Source of the DNA: Gammaproteobacteria bacterium RIFCSPLOWO2_12_47_11
GTDB lineage: Bacteria > Pseudomonadota > Gammaproteobacteria > Eutrophobiales > Eutrophobiaceae
NCBI GenBank assembly: GCA_001801885.1
Contig: MGYU01000040.1
Location: forward strand, 1-63,054
Direction: 5' to 3'
Length of the DNA: 63,054 bases
Part shown: one piece after another, positions 10,050-19,015 of the stretch
Layout of the letters: each line of letters starts with the position of its first letter
How positions within the stretch are numbered: position 1 is the first letter of the stretch
The notes under the pieces: generated by a model
Told to the model about the DNA's origin: nothing
Databases searched by the model: none
Seen by the model: the letters and a program-made list of their open reading frames with translations, nothing else
Made by a program: the position numbers and the translations under genes

Positions 10050-10376
10050 ATGCAAATCAGCATCACTGGTCAACATATAGATATTACCCAGGCATTACGT
10101 GCTTATATAGAAAATAAATTTGCGCGGCTGGAACGGCACTTTGACAACATGACCAATATACATGTCATACTCAATGTAGAAAAAGAAAGGCAAATGGCCG
10201 AGGCCACTATCCATGTCAGCCGTGGCAAGGTTTTTGCTGATGCAGAACATAACGATATGTATGCCGCCATAGACAACCTTGTTGACAAACTGGACCGGCA
10301 GCTTAAAAAACACAAGGAAAAACTGACGGATCACCATCGCGGTGAAAATGGCCTGAATAACCAGGAAATATCCTGA
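10050..10376 (+). CDS. hpf: Ribosome hibernation promoting factor (sigma-54 modulation protein family)
   Basis: MQISITGQHIDITQALRAYIENKF is a typical HPF/YhbH N-terminus. Conserved position after rpoN. The track ORF starts 4 codons earlier, at 10038. Confidence 0.9.
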   Translation: MQISITGQHIDITQALRAYIENKFARLERHFDNMTNIHVILNVEKERQMAEATIHVSRGKVFADAEHNDMYAAIDNLVDKLDRQLKKHKEKLTDHHRGENGLNNQEIS

Positions 10377-10426
10377 TACCACAGAATTTCCAATTCATAA
10401 TCATCACAATAATATAAATAACTATA

Positions 10427-10873
10427 ATGCGTATTCCGGAAATTCTGTCCACAGATCGTATTCTTTGTAATGTGGATGTCGCCAGTAAAAAAAGTGCGTT
10501 GGAAACATTGTCAAAACTTATGGCTGGCTCTGAACCCTCATTAACCTATACGGAAATATTTGATTGCCTCAATGCCCGTGAACGATTAGGCAGTACTGGC
10601 ATTGGTAATGGTATTGCCATACCGCATGGAAGACTTCAACATATCAAACAACCTGTTGCCGCGTTTTTACAACTGAAATCGGGGGTTGATTTTGATGCTG
10701 TTGATCAAAAACCTGTGGATCTGATGTTCAGTCTGCTGGTACCGGAAGATGCGACTGATGAACACCTGCAAATCCTTTCTTGCCTCGCTGAAAAATTTTC
10801 TGATGCCCCGCTGATTACCCGGCTACGTCTCAGATCATCGCCGGAAAATATATACAAGATACTCACAAAATAG
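10427..10873 (+). CDS. ptsN: Nitrogen-PTS EIIA(Ntr)
   Basis: 148 aa. Active-site His context GNGIAIPHGR. Synteny rpoN-hpf-ptsN. Confidence 0.9.
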   Translation: MRIPEILSTDRILCNVDVASKKSALETLSKLMAGSEPSLTYTEIFDCLNARERLGSTGIGNGIAIPHGRLQHIKQPVAAFLQLKSGVDFDAVDQKPVDLMFSLLVPEDATDEHLQILSCLAEKFSDAPLITRLRLRSSPENIYKILTK

Positions 10874-10879
10874 GCCAAT

Positions 10880-11908
10880 ATGTCAGATACCACTCAGCAA
10901 CTCACGGTTCAGGAACTGTTCAATATTCATCATGAAAAACTTCAACTGACATGGATAGCTGGGCAGCAGGGCGGCAAGCGTCTGATCGTTCCGGAAGAGA
11001 TTAAAACCGGACCACTCAAGACAGGCAAGGACGATAGTAATATATCAAGCATAAAGCAGGTGAAGCCGGATATCCTGCCCGGACAATCTTTGGTTGGTTA
11101 TCTCAATCTTATCCATCCCCACCAGATACAGGTGCTGGGTGAAATGGAACTGAATTACATTGGTGGATTAAGAGATATCTCCCGCGAAGATGCAATCCGG
11201 CAATTATTCAAACACCAGCCTGCCTGCATTATCGTATCTGAAGGGAATACTGTACCAGTTTTTTTAAAACGCAGATGTAATGAAAACAGCACACCGTTAT
11301 TCAGTTCGGATATTTCCAGTATTAAATTGACCGACACATTACATTACTATCTGGCTAATTTATTTGCTGATGTGATCACCATGCATGGGGTATTCATGGA
11401 AGTGAATGCGATAGGTGTGCTCATCACAGGCCCGAGCGGTATAGGGAAAAGCGAACTGGCCCTGGAGTTGATTACCAGAGGACATCGTCTGGTTGCAGAT
11501 GATGCGCCGTTGTTTTCACGTATTGCACCTGACATTATCAATGGCATTTGCCCTGCAGCCCTGCAGGACTTTCTTGAAGTACGTGGACTCGGTGTTATCA
11601 ATGTGCGTGAACTCTTTGGTGACAGCGCGATCAAGATAAACAAATATTTACGCCTGATAGTACGGCTGGAACCCGTGGAGAAAGGCAAACAGTTAAAAAT
11701 CGATCGGCTTGAAGGCAGTTATATAACAGTACGTCTACTTGATGTTGATGTCCCCGAGATCACTTTCCCGGTTGCACCCGGTCGTAACCTTGCCGTGCTG
11801 CTTGAATGTGCTGCACGTAATCATATGTTACGTATCAGTGGCTATAACGCCGCAGAAGAGTTCAGTGAAAGACAGCGCCTGCTGGTCGAACGTGGAGAAG
11901 AGAAATGA
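10880..11908 (+). CDS. hprK: HPr kinase/phosphorylase
   Basis: 342 aa. Walker A GPSGIGKSE followed by LVADD, and the C-terminal kinase-domain signature EVRGLGVINV. Confidence 0.9.
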   Translation: MSDTTQQLTVQELFNIHHEKLQLTWIAGQQGGKRLIVPEEIKTGPLKTGKDDSNISSIKQVKPDILPGQSLVGYLNLIHPHQIQVLGEMELNYIGGLRDISREDAIRQLFKHQPACIIVSEGNTVPVFLKRRCNENSTPLFSSDISSIKLTDTLHYYLANLFADVITMHGVFMEVNAIGVLITGPSGIGKSELALELITRGHRLVADDAPLFSRIAPDIINGICPAALQDFLEVRGLGVINVRELFGDSAIKINKYLRLIVRLEPVEKGKQLKIDRLEGSYITVRLLDVDVPEITFPVAPGRNLAVLLECAARNHMLRISGYNAAEEFSERQRLLVERGEEK

Positions 11909-12774
11909 AGCCCCGGCCAAGACACTTGCTCATCATCAGCGGTTTGTCCGGCGCCGGAAAAACCATTGCACTAAATACACTCGAAGATCTAGGGTTATAT
12001 TGTATAGACAATTTGCCCGTCAGTCTGCTGAACGAGTTCGCCCGTCAGATCAGTGATGGCAGTATCCAGGCCACACCCGAGATTGCGATTGGCATCGATG
12101 CACGAAGCGCCGAAAGTGATATTAAAAAACTTCCCGGCATTATCAACAGGCTAAAAAAGAAAAACCTGAAGATCGATCTGGTCTTTATTGATGCCAGTGA
12201 TGATGTGCTGACCAGGCGCTTCAGCGAAACCCGGCGCAAACATCCTCTGTCTTCAAAGACCCTTGCCCTGTCCGGCGCCATCAAAAAAGAGAGGCGTATC
12301 ATGGATGACCTGTCAGCCCAGGCTGATATTCGCATTGATACCAGCCATACCCTGATGCATGAGCTGCGTGATATGGTGCGCAAACGCATTGCCAATCGTC
12401 CTATCGCTGCGCTATCCCTGCAATTAGTTTCGTTCGGTTATAAACACGGCTCACCCAGAGACGCGGATTTTGTATTTGATGCGCGTTGTTTGCCTAACCC
12501 ATACTGGAAAAATAATCTGCGTAACCTCACTGGAAAGGATACAGCTGTTATTAAATTCCTGGGTAAACAGAAACTGGTAGCAGAGATGATAGAACACATC
12601 AAAAAGTTTCTGTCCTTCTGGATCCCGAAATTTGAGGCCGATAACCGCAGCTATCTCTGCGTGGCAGTAGGCTGTACCGGCGGTCATCACCGTTCAGTTT
12701 ATATCACTGAACGGTTGGCAGAATATTTCCAGGAGCAGGGCAAACATGTCATTACCATACACCGTGATATCTGA
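11905..12774 (+). CDS. rapZ: RNase adapter protein RapZ (YhbJ)
   Basis: 289 aa. P-loop GLSGAGKT and C-terminal CTGGHHRSV. Its start overlaps the hprK stop (ATGA). Confidence 0.9.
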   Translation: MKPRPRHLLIISGLSGAGKTIALNTLEDLGLYCIDNLPVSLLNEFARQISDGSIQATPEIAIGIDARSAESDIKKLPGIINRLKKKNLKIDLVFIDASDDVLTRRFSETRRKHPLSSKTLALSGAIKKERRIMDDLSAQADIRIDTSHTLMHELRDMVRKRIANRPIAALSLQLVSFGYKHGSPRDADFVFDARCLPNPYWKNNLRNLTGKDTAVIKFLGKQKLVAEMIEHIKKFLSFWIPKFEADNRSYLCVAVGCTGGHHRSVYITERLAEYFQEQGKHVITIHRDI

Positions 12775-12783
12775 AGCATCTTT

Positions 12784-13176
12784 ATGAGTGTTGGCTTGCT
12801 TATCATCAGTCACGACGGGATAGGGCCAGCCATACTCGGCACTGCTACATTCATGTTTGATGGTTGTTCATTACAGACCAGGTTGCTTGCTGCCTCCAGA
12901 GACTGTGACCCGGATGAACTCATTGCTGATGCATCTGAACAAATTGCAGCACTTGATGAAGGCGATGGTGTATTGATCCTTACCGATTTGTATGGTTCCA
13001 CACCATCCAATGTTGCAAAAAAACTCTCATCGAAATCAAGAGTGCGCACCGTAACAGGAATGAACTTATCCATGTTGATGCGTGTATTTAATTATCCGCA
13101 ACTGGATCTGGAACAACTCGCGGAAAAGGCTGTCAGTGGCGGCAGAAACGGTATTGTGCTGATTGAAAATGATTAG
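12784..13176 (+). CDS. PTS EIIA component, mannose/fructose family
   Basis: 130 aa. N-terminal LLIISHDGIG, with the phosphorylatable His in the family-typical position. Sits upstream of HPr and EI. Confidence 0.75.
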   Translation: MSVGLLIISHDGIGPAILGTATFMFDGCSLQTRLLAASRDCDPDELIADASEQIAALDEGDGVLILTDLYGSTPSNVAKKLSSKSRVRTVTGMNLSMLMRVFNYPQLDLEQLAEKAVSGGRNGIVLIEND

Positions 13177-13183
13177 AACTCAC

Positions 13184-13453
13184 ATGGCCAAAAGAACGGT
13201 TATTGTCATAAACAAACTGGGTTTACATGCACGGGCAGCAGCCCGTTTCGTCCAGGCCGCCTCCGGTTTCAATTGTGATATACAGGTAAAACATGGAAAC
13301 CGGGAAGTCAACGGCAAGAGTATTATGGGTATGATGATGCTGGCGGCGGGCAAAGGTGCTGTTATTGATATTCTTGCCAGTGGTAAAGACGAGAATACCG
13401 CCCTGGATCAGCTTGAGGAATTAATACTGAATCGCTTTGGAGAAAGCGAATGA
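13184..13453 (+). CDS. ptsH: Phosphocarrier protein HPr
   Basis: Starting at MAKRTVIV gives 89 aa with His15 (GLHARAA) and Ser46 (GKSIMG) at canonical positions. The track ORF begins 7 codons earlier. Confidence 0.87.
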   Translation: MAKRTVIVINKLGLHARAAARFVQAASGFNCDIQVKHGNREVNGKSIMGMMMLAAGKGAVIDILASGKDENTALDQLEELILNRFGESE

Positions 13454-15195
13454 CGATTGCACTGCATGGTGTAGGTGTATCCCGCGGTATTGCCGTAGGT
13501 AATGTACATATCATTCAGCGGGATCAATTTGATATCCGCGAGTATTCCATAGAACCTGGTTCCATAAACAAGGAAATTCAGCGCTTTGAAATGGCGGTCA
13601 CCAATGCGCGGCAACAACTGCGCGCCATCCGCGATCATATCCCCGGCACAACAAACACTGACATTACTGCGTTTATAGACACGCATTTGCTCATGCTTGA
13701 AGATGCTGCCTTGAATCATGAACCGGTACGATTAATAAGGGAACTCGCCTGTAATGCAGAATGGGCCCTGAAACTGCAACGCGATGCGCTGGTGAATGTT
13801 TTTGAAGAAATGGATGATGCCTATCTGCGTACACGCAAGGATGATGTCGATTATGTCGTAAACCGTATCCAGCGCATGCTGCTGAACCAGGCCCCGCCCA
13901 AACACGAGGAGCCGGACAATCTTCTGACCGGACATATCGTGCTGGCCAGTGATCTGACACCGGCAGATACCGTGATGTTTCAGTATCACGGTATCACTGC
14001 ATTTGTCACCGAATATGGCGGACCGACATCACACACAGCCATCCTTGCACGCAGCCTGGGCATCCCTGCCATTGTGGGTATGCAGCATGCAATGCGTTAT
14101 ATCAATGAAGATGATTTCATCATTCTTGATGGCGCCAGGGGCGTGGTGCTGATTAATCCGGAAGAGCTGGCGCTCAAACACTACCGCAAGCTGCAAAAGG
14201 AAGAGAAACGCTATTACACATCGTTGGGCAAGCTGAAGGGCAAACCCACGATTACACTCGATGGCACACCAATTGAATTACATGCGAACATCGAATTACC
14301 CAGGGACTTTGATACCGTACTTCAGGTCGGTGCTGATGGTGTTGGCTTGTACCGCACTGAGTTCATGTATATGAATCGTGAAACACCACCTGATGAAGAA
14401 GAACATTATGAAACATATACAAAGGTCATGAAGATACTGAAAGGCCTGCCGCTTACCATACGCACACTGGATCTGGGGGCCGACAAACAGGTTGACGGAG
14501 GCCGCCAATCCGGCCTGGTTGCTTCCAATCCGGCACTGGGCCTGCGCGCCATACGTTTATGCCTGAAAGAACCTGCGTTATTCCGTCCACAGCTGCGCGC
14601 CATCATCCGCGCTTCAATACACGGCCCGGTCCGGGTCATGATCCCGATGTTGTCCAACATCAATGAAATGATACTTGTGCTGCAAATGATAGATGAGATC
14701 AAATCAGAACTGGATGAAAAACGCATTCCATACGATCAGAACCTGCAAGTTGGAGGGATGATCGAAGTGCCGGCAGCGGCTGTGTGTGCAGATGTTTTTG
14801 CCCGTCATCTTGATTTTCTTTCTATCGGCACCAACGATCTGATCCAGTACACCATGGCCATAGACCGTGTCAATGACGAGGTTAATTACCTTTATGATCC
14901 CCTGCATCCTGCAGTGTTGCGTCTTATTCATACTACATTACAGGCCGGTGAAAAGGCCAATATACCGGTTGCCATGTGTGGAGAAATGGCCGGTGATCCT
15001 CAGTACACCCACCTTCTGCTTGGATTGGGGTTGCGGGAATTCAGTGTACATCCGGCAGCACTCCTTGAAATCAAACAGATTATCAATCAATGCAAACTGA
15101 CTATACTGAAAAAGCTTGCAAAAAAGGCTCTCAACGCCGATAACGGCATTGAAGTCGCGGAAATCATGGCCAGCGCCAACCGGTCACTCTCGTAA
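13450..15195 (+). CDS. ptsI: Phosphoenolpyruvate-protein phosphotransferase (PTS enzyme I)
   Basis: 581 aa. Active-site His context GGPTSHTAILARSLGIPA and C-terminal CGEMAGDP. Confidence 0.92.
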   Translation: MTIALHGVGVSRGIAVGNVHIIQRDQFDIREYSIEPGSINKEIQRFEMAVTNARQQLRAIRDHIPGTTNTDITAFIDTHLLMLEDAALNHEPVRLIRELACNAEWALKLQRDALVNVFEEMDDAYLRTRKDDVDYVVNRIQRMLLNQAPPKHEEPDNLLTGHIVLASDLTPADTVMFQYHGITAFVTEYGGPTSHTAILARSLGIPAIVGMQHAMRYINEDDFIILDGARGVVLINPEELALKHYRKLQKEEKRYYTSLGKLKGKPTITLDGTPIELHANIELPRDFDTVLQVGADGVGLYRTEFMYMNRETPPDEEEHYETYTKVMKILKGLPLTIRTLDLGADKQVDGGRQSGLVASNPALGLRAIRLCLKEPALFRPQLRAIIRASIHGPVRVMIPMLSNINEMILVLQMIDEIKSELDEKRIPYDQNLQVGGMIEVPAAAVCADVFARHLDFLSIGTNDLIQYTMAIDRVNDEVNYLYDPLHPAVLRLIHTTLQAGEKANIPVAMCGEMAGDPQYTHLLLGLGLREFSVHPAALLEIKQIINQCKLTILKKLAKKALNADNGIEVAEIMASANRSLS

Positions 15196-15299
15196 TATTT
15201 TCATATTTATAGTTCATGCCCGCGGATTGCAGGCCTGTTCATGATGAGCAGGATTCCAAGATTTTAATATCCAATCAAGCCCCTGTGTTGTTACACTAA

Positions 15300-16679
15300 A
15301 TGAACAACAGAGGACTTGTCTGCATGGCGGAAATCAAAGATCAAGAAAACGATGCCGTAATCATCGATCAGCTTTACCGCGCATTGTCTGAGGATGATCT
15401 CCATGGAGCCCGTGTATTGCTTGTGCAAATGCACCCCTCGGAAATTGCTGATGCCATGGAGAGTCTGCCCGGCAAGGCCCGCTCATCCATATGGAGCCTG
15501 CTGAGCCCGGATGTTGAGGGGGATGTATTGTCTGAACTGCAGGTCCCGGTGCGCATGGAACTGCTGGAACAGATGCGGCCCTTCAAGGTCGCACAAGTCA
15601 CCAAAAACCTGGATGCTGATGATGTAGCGGACATCCTGCAGGAACTGCCGAAGGACATGAAGGACACTGTCCTCCTCGCCATGGACGAGCAGAACCGGCA
15701 GCGGCTGAGGTCAATACTCTCCTATCCGGAAGATACAGCCGGTGGTCTCATGAATATAGACATCGTTTCCGTCCGCGCCGATGTGACCCTGGATGTGGTG
15801 ATGCGCTATCTACGACTGTTGCGGCAACTCCCGGAACAAACAGACAGCCTCATGGTGGTTGATCGTGAAAATAAATACATTGGCGTCCTCGCGCTGACGG
15901 ATATCCTGAGCAAAGATCCGGAAGCCACGGTCGGCGAGGTCATGACTGCAAAAACCGGTATTCCGGCGCTGACTCCGGCAATAGACGTGGCCAGAATATT
16001 TGAACAACGCGACCTGCTGTCCGCCGCCGTGGTCAATGAAGATAATATGCTGCTGGGACGTATTACTGTTGATGACGTGGTCGATGTGATTCAGGAAGAG
16101 GCTGAACATACAGTCAGGAGCATGGCCGGTCTTGGCATTGATGATATGTTTGCGCCCGTGATCACCAGTGCCAGAAGACGCGCGATCTGGTTGGGTATCA
16201 ATCTGGTTACAGCATTTCTGGCAGCATGGGTCATCGGACAATTTGAAGAAACCATTCAACAACTGGTGGCCCTGGCTGTGTTGATGCCCATCGTCGCCGG
16301 CATGGGCGGGATTGCCGGCAATCAGACGCTGACCATTGCCGTGCGTGGTATAGCACTGGGGCAGATCGGCAGATCAAACGCACGCGCATTGCTGTTCAAG
16401 GAACTGGCTGTCGGCTTTTTAAATGGCCTGGTGTGGTCGCTTATTGTCATGCTGATTGTTGTCTTCTGGTTTGATGACTGGCCGCTGGGGATCATTATCG
16501 GCCTGGCCATGATCGTTAATTTAATTATTGCGGCCCTGGCGGGTGCTGTCATCCCGTTGGGTTTGAAACGCTTTGGGATCGACCCGGCCATTGCTGGCGG
16601 TGTACTGCTGACTACGGTAACTGATGTGGTTGGTTTCACGACATTTCTTGGCCTGGCTACGTTATTTTTGCTTTCCTGA
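15300..16679 (+). CDS. mgtE: Magnesium transporter MgtE
   Basis: 459 aa. N-domain, CBS pair and a five-TM C-terminal domain (PIVAGMGGIAGNQ). Start may be 15324. Confidence 0.92.
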   Translation: MNNRGLVCMAEIKDQENDAVIIDQLYRALSEDDLHGARVLLVQMHPSEIADAMESLPGKARSSIWSLLSPDVEGDVLSELQVPVRMELLEQMRPFKVAQVTKNLDADDVADILQELPKDMKDTVLLAMDEQNRQRLRSILSYPEDTAGGLMNIDIVSVRADVTLDVVMRYLRLLRQLPEQTDSLMVVDRENKYIGVLALTDILSKDPEATVGEVMTAKTGIPALTPAIDVARIFEQRDLLSAAVVNEDNMLLGRITVDDVVDVIQEEAEHTVRSMAGLGIDDMFAPVITSARRRAIWLGINLVTAFLAAWVIGQFEETIQQLVALAVLMPIVAGMGGIAGNQTLTIAVRGIALGQIGRSNARALLFKELAVGFLNGLVWSLIVMLIVVFWFDDWPLGIIIGLAMIVNLIIAALAGAVIPLGLKRFGIDPAIAGGVLLTTVTDVVGFTTFLGLATLFLLS

Positions 16680-16704
16680 GGTATCTGTCTAAACAACAAC
16701 TGAT

Positions 16705-17424
16705 ATGGCCCACTGTGCTGTTTGTACATCTGCTGATACCGGCTTTCTTGCAGAGAAGAATGGTTATTCCTTTTCGCGATGCAACGTCTGTGATTTTATC
16801 TTTCTTGATCCGATGCCGGCACAGGAAGAACTGAATATCCAGTACACAGATAAAAACAAGGAGGCCGAACCAACCTATAACAAGGCAGGCTCAAGACTGC
16901 GCCGCGCCTGGGTGAAACTGCCCCGGTTCTTTCCTTATGCCTGGACCAAAAATACACTTGATCTCGGTTGTGGTGGCGGGTTTATTGCCCATGTCCTGAG
17001 CATGGTAGCCAAAACCTCAACCGGTATCGATATCAACGCAAATGCAGTGGCTTACGCCCGGTCACGTTTCCCAAGGCCGGTATTTTTATGTAAAAGTTTT
17101 ACTGAATTACTGGAAAGCGATAAACAATATGACTTTATTTATTCTTCAGAGGTGATCGAGCATGTCAGCAATGTGAATCTTTTCATGAGCGTGTTACAAC
17201 ATCTGGCTGCACCACAAGCACATATCTACATCACCACCCCTGACTCCGGCCACCCAAAAGTACCCAGGAATATTTCGCAGTGGGATGTATTCACTCCGCC
17301 CATCCATGTGCAGTTTTTCAGTAAAAAAACGGCCGGGATATTATTTGAACGGTATGGTTTCAGGATAGTGAAATTTTATAAAAATAAAAAGCCAGGCTTG
17401 ATATTCCTGGCCAGGAAAATCTAG
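16705..17424 (+). CDS. Class I SAM-dependent methyltransferase with an N-terminal Cys4 zinc ribbon
   Basis: CAVC..17 aa..CNVC ribbon, SAM motif LDLGCGGG, acidic EVIEH. Paralogous in architecture to the gene at 28816-29583. Confidence 0.7.
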   Translation: MAHCAVCTSADTGFLAEKNGYSFSRCNVCDFIFLDPMPAQEELNIQYTDKNKEAEPTYNKAGSRLRRAWVKLPRFFPYAWTKNTLDLGCGGGFIAHVLSMVAKTSTGIDINANAVAYARSRFPRPVFLCKSFTELLESDKQYDFIYSSEVIEHVSNVNLFMSVLQHLAAPQAHIYITTPDSGHPKVPRNISQWDVFTPPIHVQFFSKKTAGILFERYGFRIVKFYKNKKPGLIFLARKI

Positions 17425-17867
17425 GCCTGTATTTTTCTGTTATACTCGATGAGAAACTTCCGGCAACTTTCAAGATAATTATCCAGATGATTTTGTCTGA
17501 ACCAATCCACCTCCCAGGGCTTACCAGATAGCATATGGTGGTATTCAATTGAAATGACATAAACCTGGGCATTGATTGAGACATTGCCTGCGGTCACTAC
17601 TTCCCTTTCACACCTCTCATATATAACATTTTCAAAGGCATCCAGGATTTTTAGCGTGGATCGACCCAGTCCTGTATATAACTGCCCGCTAACAGATGCA
17701 CCGGTTTGTGCAATGATGGCGGGATAAACTTCATCCCTGATGGAATAACGGCAGTAATCTCTGAGCACGGCATCGACTGGTGACAGTTTCTGTCCAGTCA
17801 CTGCCTGCATGACCACAGGGATCTGCAGCGTGCCATAGGCAAACAGGGACAGGCCGGAACCGCTCAA
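17421..17867 (-). CDS. Gamma-glutamylcyclotransferase-like (AIG2/GGACT) protein
   Basis: 148 aa. N-terminal FAYGTLQ motif and a DAFENVIYER segment with a candidate catalytic Glu. Confidence 0.65.
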   Translation of the reverse strand: MSGSGLSLFAYGTLQIPVVMQAVTGQKLSPVDAVLRDYCRYSIRDEVYPAIIAQTGASVSGQLYTGLGRSTLKILDAFENVIYERCEREVVTAGNVSINAQVYVISIEYHHMLSGKPWEVDWFRQNHLDNYLESCRKFLIEYNRKIQA

Positions 17868-17880
17868 TGCGTATGGAAAA

Positions 17881-18228
17881 TTACCAGCTGAAAATCAGCC
17901 ACAGTGGCACCGGGATGTCACGGGTAATATCATTCACACGGGATTCCAGTTGGCCATCACCATCCCGGTCTACCAGATAATAAGCCGGACCCACGACCGG
18001 TATGATCTTGACCGAGTAAAGCACCCCATTAACACGGTATTCTTCAATAGTAGCATCATCGCGCTGTATGATGGTCACCTGCGGTTCTATGGCCTCACCA
18101 CTCTCAACCGGATCCGGCAAGGCAGGCGGTTCGGGGATATCTTCCAGTTCATCGGGGTTTACCTCATCGGCATAAAGCGGAAAACCAAGGCACAGCAATA
18201 AACCGAGTAAGATTAGTTTTTTATTCAT
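17881..18228 (-). CDS. Secreted DUF2782-like protein
   Basis: 115 aa. Signal peptide MNKKLILLGLLLCLGFPLYA, then an acidic Pro-rich linker and a TIEEYRVNGVLYSVKIIP core that I recall from DUF2782. Confidence 0.5.
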   Translation of the reverse strand: MNKKLILLGLLLCLGFPLYADEVNPDELEDIPEPPALPDPVESGEAIEPQVTIIQRDDATIEEYRVNGVLYSVKIIPVVGPAYYLVDRDGDGQLESRVNDITRDIPVPLWLIFSW

Positions 18229-18257
18229 AGCTTGTTAAATCCTGCTGACTTCGTGGG

Positions 18258-18974
18258 TTACAACTCCAGTTGCCGGTGACGTTCTTCCGCCGTCATTTCT
18301 ATAGTTCTGTCTTTATAATATTCGAAGATTGCGTCCACAACCTGTTGCGGTTCATCGACCACTTGTAGAAGGTCCAGATCCTCCGGATTTATAGTCCCTT
18401 CCGCAACCAGTTTTTTCTCAAACCATTCTATCAAACCACCCCAGAAATCCGAGCCGACCAATATAATGGGTATTCGCCTGCTTTTCCCTGTCTGGGTAAG
18501 CGTCAATATTTCCGCCAGCTCATCCAGTGTACCAAAACCGCCAGGCAAAACCACATAAGCCGAGGCATATTTTACGAACATGACCTTACGTGAAAAAAAA
18601 TGCCTGAAATAGAGCGAAATATCCTGATAGTCGTTAGCCACCTGCTCATGGGGTAGCTGGATATTCACCCCCACGCTAAGCGATCTTCCCGCATGCGCGC
18701 CTTTATTAAAGGCTTCCATCAGGCCCGGCCCACCACCGCTGAGTACGGAAAATCCTGCGTCAGAGAGCAGCCTGGCAATTGACTCGCCCAGGCCATAACA
18801 ATGATGGTCTGGCTTGAATCGCGCAGAACCAAACATACTGACGGAAGGCCTGATACTGGCCAGCTTTTCGAAACCTTCGACAAATTCGGCCATGATCTGG
18901 AAAACTTTCCAGGACTCCCGTGTCAGGTCCGAATCTCTGATTATTGGATGGGCAGACTTGTTATGATCATTCAT
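18258..18974 (-). CDS. LOG family protein (TIGR00730 Rossmann fold, nucleotide 5'-monophosphate nucleosidase)
   Basis: 238 aa. Signature PGGFGTLDE and GGGPGLMEA. Confidence 0.8.
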   Translation of the reverse strand: MNDHNKSAHPIIRDSDLTRESWKVFQIMAEFVEGFEKLASIRPSVSMFGSARFKPDHHCYGLGESIARLLSDAGFSVLSGGGPGLMEAFNKGAHAGRSLSVGVNIQLPHEQVANDYQDISLYFRHFFSRKVMFVKYASAYVVLPGGFGTLDELAEILTLTQTGKSRRIPIILVGSDFWGGLIEWFEKKLVAEGTINPEDLDLLQVVDEPQQVVDAIFEYYKDRTIEMTAEERHRQLEL

Positions 18975-19015
18975 AATGGTTTCTTATCATACTTCTTTTT
19001 TCCTAATAGACACAG

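Noticed and set aside
15196-15299. A possible Mg-sensing leader (M-box) upstream of mgtE, and a possible attenuator hairpin (aagtccgg...ccggactt, ~26630-26680) upstream of ilvE.
   Set aside because: I cannot recognise M-box conserved elements in the ~100-nt mgtE leader. The ilvE element is a single 8-bp stem with a ~30-nt loop and has no leader peptide rich in branched-chain codons.
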